A DNA stretch of 61,015 nt from Dehalococcoidia bacterium (GCA_046484125.1 JAWOBX010000095.1:1-61015); one strand, 5' to 3'. Positions 27,482 through 38,120 are shown, counted from the first letter of the stretch. Numbers and translations: made by a program. Notes: generated by a model from the sequence alone, not told the origin.

Positions 27482-29701
27482 ATGCCCTCACAAGTTACAA
27501 AGAAAACGTGCTGTCAGTTCTGTCCCGCCCTTTGCGGTGTACTGGTTCACACCGAAGATGGCAAGGTAGTCAATATAGAGGGGAACAAGGACCATTTGAT
27601 AAGCCACGGATTTACCTGCGAGCGACCTGGGATCGCGCCCAAGTGGCTTTATCATCCCGATCAGCTAATGTACCCGTTGAAAAGAGTGGGCAAGCGAGGC
27701 GAGGGTAAATGGCAGCGTATTAGCTGGGACGACGCGATGGGTGAGATCGGCCAGAAGCTGATCGAGCTGAAAAAAGATTTCGGCCCGGAGACGCTCGGCT
27801 TCTTCGAGGGTACCTACCGCGGCAACGACTACTGGCCGAGAGGCAGATTCGCCACTTTATTCGAAAACCCTCACAACATCTTCGCTCCGGGAATAATCTG
27901 CGGTATCAACGATATGGGAATAAATATGGCGGTTACCGGAGATGTTACTACCTGGTCCACGGAGGTCTCCGGTTCCGGTTGCGTCGTCCTCTGGGGGGGC
28001 AATCCGGCCCAGTCAGAATTGCGGCTGTGGACTCACCTGGTTAAGGCCAAAAAGGAAAAGGACATTAAAATCATCGCGGTCGACCCCAGGCAAACCAGGA
28101 CAACACAGCTCGCAGACATATGGCTGCAACTCAGACCGGGCACAGATACAGCCCTGGCAATGGGATGGCTCAACGTGATCATAAATGAAGAGCTATACGA
28201 TAAAGACTTCGTGGAAAACTGGACCACCGGCTTTGATAAACTCAGAGAGCGTGTTCAGGAATACCCGCCTGAGAAGGTATCTGAGATAACCGGCGTTCCC
28301 TCCGATAAGATCGTCGAAGCGGCGAGAATATATGCAACCAACGGGCCGGCCGCCATGCCCTACGGAGTGGCCATCGACCAGCTTGGACTGAACGGGACCA
28401 GAACCGAGCACGCCAAAGTGATCATGCGGGCCATCTGTGGGTACCTTGGTACTTTTGGCGGTCATCTCATTACCAGGCCGGGAACCACCATCGGTGGAGG
28501 TAAGTTTATCACCGAATCCGAACTCTCAATGATGGAACGCCTGTCCATGGAAACCCGCAGGAAAATGATGGGCTATGACGTATGCCGCCTTGTTTCGCTG
28601 AAGGGCTGGAGCATGATGTCGGAGTATATAGAGAAGGTCTATGGAGTCCCGGCACCGGTGACAGTTCAGATCCAGGCACACACTACAATGCTGTGGCGAG
28701 CTATCCTCGAGGGAAAACCCTACCCAATAAAGGCCCTGGTATGCTGGGGCTCAAATCCAATGGCCTGGGGAGGCAACACCAGGCTGATTTACGAAGCTCT
28801 CAAGAGCGACAATCTGGAGCTCCATGTGGTTCAGGAACTGTTCATGACACCCACGGCTCAACTGGCCGATTACGTATTTCCCGCAACAAGCTGGATGGAA
28901 CGGGACCTTTGCACCAATATGATGGATTTCGCCAGTCTATTGTGGGCGGGCGAGAAGGCTATCGAGCCTATGGGGGAGAGGCGCGATATTTACGAGTTTT
29001 TCCGCGCACTTGCCCTGTCTGTGGGACAGGATGACTTCTGGCCATGGGAAACTACCGCGGAAGTCAGCGACTACCGTCTCCAGCAATGTGGCCTCACGTT
29101 CCGGGACGCTGTCGAAAGGATGGTCGTGTTCCCTGACAGCTTCGACCTCAAGCCTTATGAGCAGACCGGATTTCCTACACCTTCCGGCAAGGTTGAACTC
29201 TTCTCCAGCATACTGGAGAGGCTTGATTATGATCCTATGCCTTATTACGAGGAACCTCCTGAGAGCCCCCTCAGACTGCCGGAGGTCGCTAAGGAATACC
29301 CGTTAATCCTCAACACCGGTGGCAATTTCCGGCCTATGTTCCATTCTGAATTCATGCAATGGGGTGTAGGCTCCCGGGAAAAGCATCCCGATCCGCTCAT
29401 GGATATTCATCCTGATACGGCCCGCGACCTCGGGATTAATGACGGTGACTGGGCATACATCGAGACCCGTCGAGGGAAGATCAAACAAAAAGCACGATTC
29501 AATTCCGGCATGCTCCCCAACGTTGTCAATTGCCAGGCGAGCTGGTGGTTCCCTGAAAAGCCGGCTAAAGAACCCGAACTCAGCGGCGTCTGGGAATCCA
29601 ATGCCAACGTGCTTACACTCGATGATCCGGAGTTCTGCGATGAGCTCTCAGGCGGATGGTGCAACCGAGCACTTTTATGTAAAGTCTATAAAGCTGGGTA
29701 A
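27482..29701 (+). CDS. Cytoplasmic bis-MGD Mo/W oxidoreductase, acetylene hydratase/catechol dehydroxylase clade
   Basis: CQFCPALC...C Fe-S motif, ISWDDA, Cys ligand region GIICG, LRPGTD, KPYPIKA and FMTPTAQLADYV. No Tat signal. Confidence 0.85.
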   Translation: MPSQVTKKTCCQFCPALCGVLVHTEDGKVVNIEGNKDHLISHGFTCERPGIAPKWLYHPDQLMYPLKRVGKRGEGKWQRISWDDAMGEIGQKLIELKKDFGPETLGFFEGTYRGNDYWPRGRFATLFENPHNIFAPGIICGINDMGINMAVTGDVTTWSTEVSGSGCVVLWGGNPAQSELRLWTHLVKAKKEKDIKIIAVDPRQTRTTQLADIWLQLRPGTDTALAMGWLNVIINEELYDKDFVENWTTGFDKLRERVQEYPPEKVSEITGVPSDKIVEAARIYATNGPAAMPYGVAIDQLGLNGTRTEHAKVIMRAICGYLGTFGGHLITRPGTTIGGGKFITESELSMMERLSMETRRKMMGYDVCRLVSLKGWSMMSEYIEKVYGVPAPVTVQIQAHTTMLWRAILEGKPYPIKALVCWGSNPMAWGGNTRLIYEALKSDNLELHVVQELFMTPTAQLADYVFPATSWMERDLCTNMMDFASLLWAGEKAIEPMGERRDIYEFFRALALSVGQDDFWPWETTAEVSDYRLQQCGLTFRDAVERMVVFPDSFDLKPYEQTGFPTPSGKVELFSSILERLDYDPMPYYEEPPESPLRLPEVAKEYPLILNTGGNFRPMFHSEFMQWGVGSREKHPDPLMDIHPDTARDLGINDGDWAYIETRRGKIKQKARFNSGMLPNVVNCQASWWFPEKPAKEPELSGVWESNANVLTLDDPEFCDELSGGWCNRALLCKVYKAG

Positions 29702-29822
29702 GGCGATTCAGTTCAGTGTAACCGGGACCTGGAGCAGGAATATGCGACAATGGTATTTATCAATCCTTTACCCCACTTGTGAACCGTAGAACGAATGAAG
29801 TTGAGTGCCAGGACACTTGTGA

Positions 29823-31748
29823 ATGATGATTGACTACTCATCCCTCTTTCAACCCGGTAAGATTGGCTCTGTTGAGCTAGGCAACAGAATTATCATGCCC
29901 GCCATGGCATCGCAGCTCTCTGAGCCGGATGGCAGGCTATCGAAAAGACTCCTCGATTATTATCTGGCCCGCGCCAGCGGTGGCGTCGGCATGATCATAC
30001 CCGCTTATGCGGCCGTCAGCGATGATAGTCCGCTAATGTTCAATATGGCTATATATGATGATGAATGGATTGACGAGTGGAGAAAGCTTGTCGATGCCAT
30101 TCACCAGTATGGTGTTAAAGTGGGCATCCAGCTTATGCATGTTGGAATGCTGTATCTCTTCGCCGGCTTCGTTCCCAAAGGCACCACAATGAAGGTCGCC
30201 TCGGAGACGCCATGGCTCAGAGAGGACATGCCGCATCAGGTTCTGACTATACCCGAAATAGAGCGCTACGTCGATGATTTCTCTCAAGCCGCCCGGAGAG
30301 CCAGTGAGGCAGGGGCAGACATGGTGGAGATCCATTCCTGCCACGGCTCACTCGCCGGTATGTTCATGTCGCCAATCACCAACCAAAGGACTGACGATTA
30401 CGGCGGCAGCGTTGAGAAACGAAGCCGCTTCCCATGTGAAGTCATCGAGAGGATCCGGGAAAGAGTCGGCCCCGATTTACCCATTATCATGAGGATAAAC
30501 GGCAGCGATGATCTGGAGGGCGGTACCACTCCTGAGGAGGCGGCAAGGCAGGCAGCGATTCTCGAGTCCGCGGGCGCCAATGCCATAAGCGTCTCCAGGG
30601 GAATTGAATTCTGGGCCACTACGACCATACCTTCATACCTCTACCCCCCGGGGTCCATGCTCCCTCTCGTTGATGAGATAAAGAAACTGGTCGATATACC
30701 TGTAATTGCTGCCGGCAGGATTGATGCTGAGCTCGCCAGTGAGGTTATCGAACAGGAGAGAGCTGACTTTGTGGCCATGGGCCGGCCTCTCCTGGCTGAC
30801 CCTCAATTACCGAACAAACTCCGCCAGAACCGGCCGGATGATATTCGGCGGTGCATCTATTGTATGAATTGTCTCAATCAGGACCGACGTAAAGGCAGGG
30901 GATCCTGTTCGGTCAATCCTTTCCTGAACCGGGAATCCCGGCTTCCTATGAGTCCGGCGAATCCGCGGAAGAAGGTGCTGGTGGCAGGTGGAGGATTGGC
31001 GGGCATGCACACAGCGGTTCTCCTTGCTGAACGAGGACACAACGTATCGATATACGAGAGGGAATCCATACTCGGTGGCCAGTGGAACACGGCCAGCGCG
31101 GTTCCAGGCAAAAACCATTTCTCCACGATTATAGACCAGCTGGAACGGACTCTAAGAAACCTCTCGGTCGAGATCAACACCGAATTTGAAGTCACCAGAG
31201 ATATGGTTATACGATTAGAACCCGACGTTGTGGTAGTAGCGAGCGGCGCTAATCCCGCTACGTTGAATGTGCCGGGAGCGACAGGAAAGAATGTAATACA
31301 GGGTATAGACGTTCTTTCAGGCAAGATACAACCCAAAGGCGAAACAGCGGTAATCGGTGGCCGGTATACCGCGATCGATGTAGCTATACTGCTGGCGAAG
31401 AAGCTCGATAGCGTGAGGCTTGTAACCAGAGCCAGCCTCGGCCTCACCATGGAGCGTATGACGTTCAGGACTCTATTGAACGAGCTCGTCAGCCTGCGAG
31501 TTCCTCTGTACTTGAATACCACTGTGCTGGAGATCACAGAAAAAAGCGTCATAGCCCTGTTCAATGAAGAACTTATCCGAATACCGGCCGATACGGTGGT
31601 CATGGCAGTCGGGATGCAGCCGGAAAATACTCTGGTGCAACAGCTGGAAGGATCCGGTCTGGACTTCCATACGGTTGGTGATTGCACAAAGCCAAGAAAC
31701 GCCGCGGCAGCAGCGTATCAAGCGGCACAGTTGGCAACCAGAATTTAA
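29823..31748 (+). CDS. OYE/FAD oxidoreductase (BaiCD/FadH architecture) with atypical active site
   Basis: NRIIMPAM, EIHSCHGSL, CIYCMNC and GGGLAG motifs. Confidence 0.88.
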   Translation: MMIDYSSLFQPGKIGSVELGNRIIMPAMASQLSEPDGRLSKRLLDYYLARASGGVGMIIPAYAAVSDDSPLMFNMAIYDDEWIDEWRKLVDAIHQYGVKVGIQLMHVGMLYLFAGFVPKGTTMKVASETPWLREDMPHQVLTIPEIERYVDDFSQAARRASEAGADMVEIHSCHGSLAGMFMSPITNQRTDDYGGSVEKRSRFPCEVIERIRERVGPDLPIIMRINGSDDLEGGTTPEEAARQAAILESAGANAISVSRGIEFWATTTIPSYLYPPGSMLPLVDEIKKLVDIPVIAAGRIDAELASEVIEQERADFVAMGRPLLADPQLPNKLRQNRPDDIRRCIYCMNCLNQDRRKGRGSCSVNPFLNRESRLPMSPANPRKKVLVAGGGLAGMHTAVLLAERGHNVSIYERESILGGQWNTASAVPGKNHFSTIIDQLERTLRNLSVEINTEFEVTRDMVIRLEPDVVVVASGANPATLNVPGATGKNVIQGIDVLSGKIQPKGETAVIGGRYTAIDVAILLAKKLDSVRLVTRASLGLTMERMTFRTLLNELVSLRVPLYLNTTVLEITEKSVIALFNEELIRIPADTVVMAVGMQPENTLVQQLEGSGLDFHTVGDCTKPRNAAAAAYQAAQLATRI

Positions 31749-31835
31749 GCCCGCATTGTTTTGATAAAATTTGCACTAACCCCGTACTTTGGAATAAACT
31801 CAATCTTAAGCAAACAACAGCCGGGAGGAAACGAC

Positions 31836-32408
31836 ATGCAGTTAGCTTTTTATTTCGATCAAAATAGATGCACCGGATGCTGGACCTGCGTAGTCGCGTG
31901 TAAGGACTGGCATGATATACCCGCAGGCCCCGCTAGCTGGATGAGGGTTTCGACGATACAGGAAGGCAGATACCCTGACCTGTTCATGGCCTTCCTGGCC
32001 ACTCCATGCTATCACTGCGCCAGGCCGGCCTGCATAGAGGCATGCCCTCATAATGCGATCTATAAGCGAGACGAGGATGGCATAGTTATGGTAGATCAGG
32101 AATCCTGTGTGGGTAAAGACGAATGCGGACTTTGTCTCGATGCCTGTCCGTACGAGGCCCCCCAATTCGGTAGCGAAGCAGACGCGAAGATGCATAAGTG
32201 TAATTTCTGTGTGGATCGCTGGGCAGAAGACAAGCCGCCTGTATGTGTCGCCGCCTGCCCTACTAGAGCGCTGGATGCCGGACCGATAGAAGAGCTGGAA
32301 TCCGGATATGGTAAAACGAAACAGGCGGCTGGCTTTGAATACGATGAAAAGATACAACCGTCAGTGGTTTTGAGGCCGAAGCCGGTCGTTTCGATTGCGG
32401 GCTACTAG
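31836..32408 (+). CDS. DmsB-like 4x[4Fe-4S] subunit
   Basis: CTGCWTCVVAC, CYHCARPACIEAC, CGLCLDAC and KCNFC...CVAACP. ATG 31836 follows GGAGG. Confidence 0.92.
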   Translation: MQLAFYFDQNRCTGCWTCVVACKDWHDIPAGPASWMRVSTIQEGRYPDLFMAFLATPCYHCARPACIEACPHNAIYKRDEDGIVMVDQESCVGKDECGLCLDACPYEAPQFGSEADAKMHKCNFCVDRWAEDKPPVCVAACPTRALDAGPIEELESGYGKTKQAAGFEYDEKIQPSVVLRPKPVVSIAGY

Positions 32409-32468
32409 GGTTCTGTACAAATGTGTCGCAATGCTATTTTCACCGCATTGCTTCACTCGAAAAGGCTG
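32409..32468 (+). repeat. Dispersed repeat family 2, copy B
   Basis: Homologous to 126-185; begins immediately after the DmsB-like stop codon. Confidence 0.8.
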
Positions 32469-32598
32469 GTTGGGTGGCAGGAACTCAAGAGGTTTTCTCA
32501 CTTCAGAACCATTACCAGCAGGGGAAAGGAAATGACAACGAATAATGCAAGCAAGCACTGGCACCGGATATTTAATTTAAAACAGGGGGGAGAGGTAG

Positions 32599-33048
32599 AT
32601 GGAAGAAAAACAGTTTCAGTTTCCACCGGTTCACCAGCTTGGTTATGTAGTTAGTGATATCGAAAAGACCCGTCAATATTATGCCTCAAAGCTGGGCCTC
32701 GAATTTTCCGAGCCGATGGAGGTCAATATGGACGGCGCGTATCTCCGGGGTAAACCTGTCAGTACCAGGATTAAAGTCGCCTTCGCCAAATCCGGCGATC
32801 TCGAACTGGAACTTATTCAGCCAGTAGAGGGCGAGAACCCGTACACTGAATTCCTGGCCAGAAGAGGAGATGGAATCCATCATCTCGCGTTTCAGCTAGA
32901 TGATATGGACGCCGGGAAAGAGCAACTCGCCCGTATGGGGATAGAGCCCCTTTTCCATCAGGATATGGGCTTCATGGAGTTCGCCTACTTCGACACCTCT
33001 GAGCCGGGCGGGGTGATGATCGAATTCATTCACTGGAAGAAAAAGTGA
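32599..33048 (+). CDS. VOC family protein (methylmalonyl-CoA epimerase-like)
   Basis: HQLGYVV, LELIQP, GIHHLAF and MIEF motifs. Confidence 0.88.
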   Translation: MEEKQFQFPPVHQLGYVVSDIEKTRQYYASKLGLEFSEPMEVNMDGAYLRGKPVSTRIKVAFAKSGDLELELIQPVEGENPYTEFLARRGDGIHHLAFQLDDMDAGKEQLARMGIEPLFHQDMGFMEFAYFDTSEPGGVMIEFIHWKKK

Positions 33049-33104
33049 TGATTTTATGGACTGATGATATCGTAACAAATCCGCTTATTAAAGGGGTATG
33101 AGCC

Positions 33105-35291
33105 ATGAATAACGCAGAGGAAAAAGTCGTAACCACTACCTGCGCGCCACATTGCGGCGGGGGGTGCCTCCTGAAGGTCCATGTTAAGAGCGGCGAGATA
33201 ACCAGGATTGAGACGGACGATGGTAATGAACTCCAGGCAAGGGCATGCCTCAGGGGACGCTCCTGGCGGCAGAGAATCTACCATCCGAACCGCCTCAAAT
33301 ACCCGATGAAGCGCACAGGGGAGCGGGGAGATGGTAGATTTGAAAGGATATCCTGGGATGAGGCTCTCGACACCATCGCCAGTGAACTGAAGCGGGTAAT
33401 TGACGCTCATGGACCGGCATCCATTATTCACTGGGTTTCCGGCGGCGACCAGGGCATGCTTCACGATACCTGGCGGCGTATGAGCCGGCTGTTTTGCATG
33501 CTGGGCGGTTACACCCGTCCATGGGGACTTCACTCATATGAGGGTGGCATCTTCGCTGAACTGGCCACCTTCGGAATGGCCTGGACCGCAAGCACCCGTG
33601 ACGATCTCTTAAATTCCCGCCTCATAATTATGTGGGGATGGGATCCATCCACCACGATCCAGGATACCAATACAGCGTGGTTTCTGACACAGGCAAAAGA
33701 GAGGGGAATAAAGATCATATCGATCGACCCGCGTTTCACGGCATCCACTGCAGCATTCGCCAACCACTGGATACCCATCCGTCCCGGAACGGACTCAGCC
33801 ATGATGATAGCCATGGCCTACGTAATGGTGACCGAAAACATCCACGATCAGGACTTCCTCGATAAATATACCATCGGATTCGATTCGTTTAAGGACTACG
33901 TCATCGGCGGCGAAGACGGCATACCGAAAACCCCGGAATGGGGTGAGTCCATAACCGGCGTGCCCGCTGAAACCATACGGAAACTGGCTCGAGATTACGC
34001 TTCGACCAAACCCGCCGCCCTGATAGCAGGCATCGGCCCGGGGCGGAGCGCATACGGGGAACAGTATCACAGGGCAGCCATAACGCTGGCAGCGATGACC
34101 GGTAACATTGGCAAATCAGGCGGATCGTGCGGCGGCAAATCATGGGGCCCCCACGCTCTTGGAAGGATGGGCTCCGGCCCAAAAATCCCCCCGAATCCGG
34201 TGGACAACCTGATCCCAAATCCGGAGGGAAAACTGCCAAATAGGAACCACTACATTTATGGCTATGGCATAATCAATGTATTTCGCGTCACGGACGCCAT
34301 CATCAATGGAAAAGCCGGGGGGTACCCCGCCGATTACAAGTTCCTCTGGGTAACCAACGCCAATCCGCTCAACCAGTGGCCGAATACCAACAAAACCGTG
34401 GAGGCGTTCAATCAACTGGATTTTGTTGTGACGGAAGAGCAGTTCATGACTCCCACAGCCAGATATTCAGACATGGTGTTGCCCATGACCACCTTTTTCG
34501 AACGGAGGGATATCACCATGGGAGCGGCATACCCGCCTTTCTTTGCCTACAGGAACCAGATCATCGATCCTCCGGGGGAAACCAGAAAACCGATGGATGT
34601 AGCCGATGAGCTGGCTGCCAAACTGGGTCTTACGGAATATAACGATAAGTCGGAGGAAGAATGGCTCGATGTGATCCTGCAAAAAAGCGACATCCCCGAT
34701 CACGCCGCCTTTAAGGACCAGGGATTTCACAAAGTTAATCTTACCGAACCGGTTGTCCCTTTTAAGGCCCAGATCGAGGATCCGGCCAGCAACCCCTTCT
34801 ATACTTCATCCGGCAAAATCGAGATTTATTCGCAGATGCTGGCGGATATGAACCACCCCGAAATCCCGCCCATTCCCAAATATATCGCGCCCCGGGAGGG
34901 ACCCGATGACCCTCTAAGGAATGAATATCCGCTGCAGCTTATCACGACCCACACCAGGAGAAGGGCACATACCCAGTTCGACAATGTTTCCTGGCTTCGG
35001 GAACTGGACCCTCACTCCATCCGAATGAACGGAATCGACGCCGAAGCCCGTGGCATCAAAGATGGGGACATGGTTAAGGTGTTCAACGCCCGGGGAACGA
35101 TTGTTATTCCCGCTAAAATAGTGGAAACGATAATGCCGGGTGTCGTTGACCTGCCCCAGGGGGCCTGGTTTGACCCGGATGAAAAAGGCACGGATCGCGG
35201 CGGATGCGCCAACGTCCTTTCCGATAACCGTCCATCGCCGGGGGGAGCACTGCCCTCAAATACCGGCCTGGTTCAGGTCGAAAAGGCATAG
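33105..35291 (+). CDS. DmsA-like bis-MGD oxidoreductase catalytic subunit (Ser ligand), cytoplasmic
   Basis: CAPHCGGGC, ACLRGR, GLHSYEG, IRPGTD and RAHTQF motifs. No Tat signal. Confidence 0.88.
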   Translation: MNNAEEKVVTTTCAPHCGGGCLLKVHVKSGEITRIETDDGNELQARACLRGRSWRQRIYHPNRLKYPMKRTGERGDGRFERISWDEALDTIASELKRVIDAHGPASIIHWVSGGDQGMLHDTWRRMSRLFCMLGGYTRPWGLHSYEGGIFAELATFGMAWTASTRDDLLNSRLIIMWGWDPSTTIQDTNTAWFLTQAKERGIKIISIDPRFTASTAAFANHWIPIRPGTDSAMMIAMAYVMVTENIHDQDFLDKYTIGFDSFKDYVIGGEDGIPKTPEWGESITGVPAETIRKLARDYASTKPAALIAGIGPGRSAYGEQYHRAAITLAAMTGNIGKSGGSCGGKSWGPHALGRMGSGPKIPPNPVDNLIPNPEGKLPNRNHYIYGYGIINVFRVTDAIINGKAGGYPADYKFLWVTNANPLNQWPNTNKTVEAFNQLDFVVTEEQFMTPTARYSDMVLPMTTFFERRDITMGAAYPPFFAYRNQIIDPPGETRKPMDVADELAAKLGLTEYNDKSEEEWLDVILQKSDIPDHAAFKDQGFHKVNLTEPVVPFKAQIEDPASNPFYTSSGKIEIYSQMLADMNHPEIPPIPKYIAPREGPDDPLRNEYPLQLITTHTRRRAHTQFDNVSWLRELDPHSIRMNGIDAEARGIKDGDMVKVFNARGTIVIPAKIVETIMPGVVDLPQGAWFDPDEKGTDRGGCANVLSDNRPSPGGALPSNTGLVQVEKA

Positions 35292-35309
35292 CCAGTTGGA
35301 TGCGACCGG

Positions 35310-37238
35310 ATGAATAAAGATTGTTACAGCGGCAAGATACTGAGGATAGACTTATCCTCGGGTAAAGGGCTGGAACTGCCAACCAGCGATTATGCGCCTC
35401 GTTTCCTCGGCGGCAGGGGTATCGCGGCCGCGCTCTGCTGGGAAGAGGCCGCCCCGAAGCTCGATGCGTTCGATCCGGCGAATCCCCTGATATTCGCCAC
35501 CGGTCCGCTTGCCGGCATACCCGTCATTGGAGGCTCCAGATGGATCGTATACGGCAAATCTCCAGCCACCGACCCACCCCACTTCTGCTCCTCCAACCTT
35601 GGTGGTGACTGGGGACTCAAACTCAAGGGATGCGGCTATGACGCCCTGATGATAACAGGCCGAGCGGATAAGCCCGTTTACCTTCTGCTCAGTAATAGCG
35701 GGTGGGAACTACGCGAAGCGGCGGAACTCTGGGGAAAAGGTGCCATAGAAACGCGAGAGGAATTGAAACGCAGACTTGGCAAAGCGGCCGGCGTAGCGGC
35801 CATAGGTCCCGCGGGCGAGAACCTTGCTGCGATGGCCACCATCATGGCTGACGGTGATGCCTCCGGTTCCGGCGGACTTGGCGCTTCGATGGGGTCAAAA
35901 AATCTAAAGGCTGTCGCGGTAGCCGCCAGGCCGGTGCGAACCCGCGCGGCACAACCGGAAAGACTGAAAGATCTCATATCACACTTCCGCTCATTTGAAA
36001 AGGAGCCGGTAACAAAGGCGAGCGGGATGCCGCTTAGAATCACCGGAAGGGGAACACGGAAAGCTCCCTGCCATGGCTGCGCAGGCACTTGCCTCAGACG
36101 AACGTACAGGGCGGAAGATGGAACAACCGGGAAGTTCATGTGCCAGTCGGCCACGTTCTACCAGCCGATGGCGGAGGCTTACTACGGTCCGGGGTACGAA
36201 ATCCCCTTTCAAGCCACCAGGCTCTGCGATGATTATGGAGTCGACACCATGGCCATCACCGTGATCATAGCCTGGCTGTGGAAATGCTCCAGGGCGGATA
36301 TTCTGAGCGAGCAATCCACGGGAATGCCCATATCCAGACTGGGCAGCCTTGAATTTATCGAAACGCTCATCAGAAAGATATCCCTGCGGGAAGGGTTCGG
36401 CGGCCTTCTGGCCGGTGGCATCGAACGGGCTGCGGCCTCCATGGGCCGGCAATCAATGGAGCTGCTGACCTCTCAGATGTCAAAGGCGGGTCAGCCCAAC
36501 GTCTACGATGCCAGACTCTACATCAACAGCGCGCTGCTTCACGCAACCGAGCCTAAACCTCCCATCCCCCAGCTCCAGGAGGTCACCCGGATAATCTTCA
36601 AATGGCTTGAGTGGTACCGGGGAGAGGCCGGCAGTTACCTTTCGAACGCGGTGGCGCGCGATATCGCGTCGAGGTTCTGGGGAGGGGAGGCGGCGGCTGA
36701 TTTCACCAGTTCTCAAGGTAAAGCGAAGGCGGCAAAACTGATACAGGACCGGCAGTACGCCAAGGAGTGCCTTATACTGTGCAGCTTCCTCTGGCCGGTC
36801 ATGGATTCAGCGAAAACAGATGACAACGTCGGCGATCCGGCACTGGAGGCCGGACTTCTCTCAGCGGTAACCGGTGGCTTGATTTCAGAAGAGGAGCTCA
36901 ACCTTACTGGCGAGAGGATATTTAACCTGCAGCGTGCCATATACCTGCGCGACGGACATCAAGGAGCAGCGGATGACCGGTTGCCGGAAAGCTGGTATAC
37001 TGTCCCCACCCGATGGGATATGGCAAACCCGGAGATGATGGTGCCCGGTAAGGGAGACCGGATGGTATCCCGGAAAGGAGAGGTCGTTGATGGTGAGGTC
37101 TTCGAGAATATGAAAACGGAGTATTACCGTTTGCGGAAATGGGAGGAGTCAACGGGTTTGCCAACCAGGTCCGTAATGGAAGACCTCGATCTGGCTGATG
37201 TGGCCCGCTGGGTTGAAACGATTTCCCGCCAACGTTGA
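35310..37238 (+). CDS. Aldehyde:ferredoxin oxidoreductase family protein 2
   Basis: GKILRIDLS, AIGPAGEN, GLGASMGSKNLKAV, CHGCAGTC and YGVDT motifs. Confidence 0.9.
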   Translation: MNKDCYSGKILRIDLSSGKGLELPTSDYAPRFLGGRGIAAALCWEEAAPKLDAFDPANPLIFATGPLAGIPVIGGSRWIVYGKSPATDPPHFCSSNLGGDWGLKLKGCGYDALMITGRADKPVYLLLSNSGWELREAAELWGKGAIETREELKRRLGKAAGVAAIGPAGENLAAMATIMADGDASGSGGLGASMGSKNLKAVAVAARPVRTRAAQPERLKDLISHFRSFEKEPVTKASGMPLRITGRGTRKAPCHGCAGTCLRRTYRAEDGTTGKFMCQSATFYQPMAEAYYGPGYEIPFQATRLCDDYGVDTMAITVIIAWLWKCSRADILSEQSTGMPISRLGSLEFIETLIRKISLREGFGGLLAGGIERAAASMGRQSMELLTSQMSKAGQPNVYDARLYINSALLHATEPKPPIPQLQEVTRIIFKWLEWYRGEAGSYLSNAVARDIASRFWGGEAAADFTSSQGKAKAAKLIQDRQYAKECLILCSFLWPVMDSAKTDDNVGDPALEAGLLSAVTGGLISEEELNLTGERIFNLQRAIYLRDGHQGAADDRLPESWYTVPTRWDMANPEMMVPGKGDRMVSRKGEVVDGEVFENMKTEYYRLRKWEESTGLPTRSVMEDLDLADVARWVETISRQR

Positions 37239-37279
37239 ACATCATTTCCCGATATCTGGACGAAAAGGAGTTAACAGAC

Positions 37280-38098
37280 ATGCTCAATGAAACTATGATC
37301 AATAATATCCGTGAGGCCGGGATCGCCCAGGGCACACAACAGGTGGAGGACCGAATGAGGCTCCTTGAACATGAATTCGGCTTTCGGATGGCCGACAAAG
37401 CCCAATACGTTGTCCTGGCAAGCTGTTTCAATCCATATCTCGAGCCGGATGACATGAAGGCTTTTAGAAAGCTGCTGGATTATTACAGTATCGACTACAC
37501 GATTATTCCACGTGAGTACTGCTGTGGCGATCCCCTGTACCTCAAGGCGATCAAGGATAACGACCAGCAAGACCTCAAGCAGGCGGATGAACTGGCCGCA
37601 GAGTTCCTAAATCAGAATCTAAAGCAGATCAGGCAGGTCGGAGCGAGCAGTGTCATTATATACTGTGCCGGCTGCGACATGATCTGGGAGCGGCTGGGCG
37701 GCCTATATTCGGAGGAAATTCTGTGGCACCCAACGCTGATAAATCGCCTCTTTCAAGGCGGCAAGCTCGAGCTTCAGGCAGATTATTATGCCGGCTGCCA
37801 TAAGAACCGCCTTACCCTCAACAATACTCTCCCGGACCTGGATTCAGCCCTGTCCTCCCTTTCCCGGATCGAGGGGCTCGAGTTAAACCACCTCGATTCC
37901 AGCCTTTGCTGCACAAAGCCGGATCAGGTGGAAATCCTGTATTCCAGCCTCAAGCACAAAACCTTGATATCGCCATGTCCCGGATGCACACTCTTTTTGA
38001 GGCAGGCTCTTAAAGATAGAGGGGACTATCAGATTTTCATGCCCTCCACCATCATATGGGCCGCCATTAACGGAAGCAGACCCGGAGAGAATTTGTAA
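37280..38098 (+). CDS. CCG-domain (HdrB/HdrD-related) Fe-S protein
   Basis: ASC, EYCCG, YCAGC, YYAGCH, LCC and PCPGC. ATG 37280 follows AAGGAG; alternative TTG at 37235. Confidence 0.78.
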   Translation: MLNETMINNIREAGIAQGTQQVEDRMRLLEHEFGFRMADKAQYVVLASCFNPYLEPDDMKAFRKLLDYYSIDYTIIPREYCCGDPLYLKAIKDNDQQDLKQADELAAEFLNQNLKQIRQVGASSVIIYCAGCDMIWERLGGLYSEEILWHPTLINRLFQGGKLELQADYYAGCHKNRLTLNNTLPDLDSALSSLSRIEGLELNHLDSSLCCTKPDQVEILYSSLKHKTLISPCPGCTLFLRQALKDRGDYQIFMPSTIIWAAINGSRPGENL

Positions 38099-38120
38099 CA
38101 AGGAGAGAAATCGCACTTAG

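Noticed and set aside
27482-29701. True acetylene hydratase
   Set aside because: The catalytic Asp after the second Fe-S Cys is Pro.
33105-35291. Respiratory periplasmic DMSO reductase or reductive dehalogenase module
   Set aside because: No Tat signal, no membrane anchor and no rdhA/rdhB motifs.
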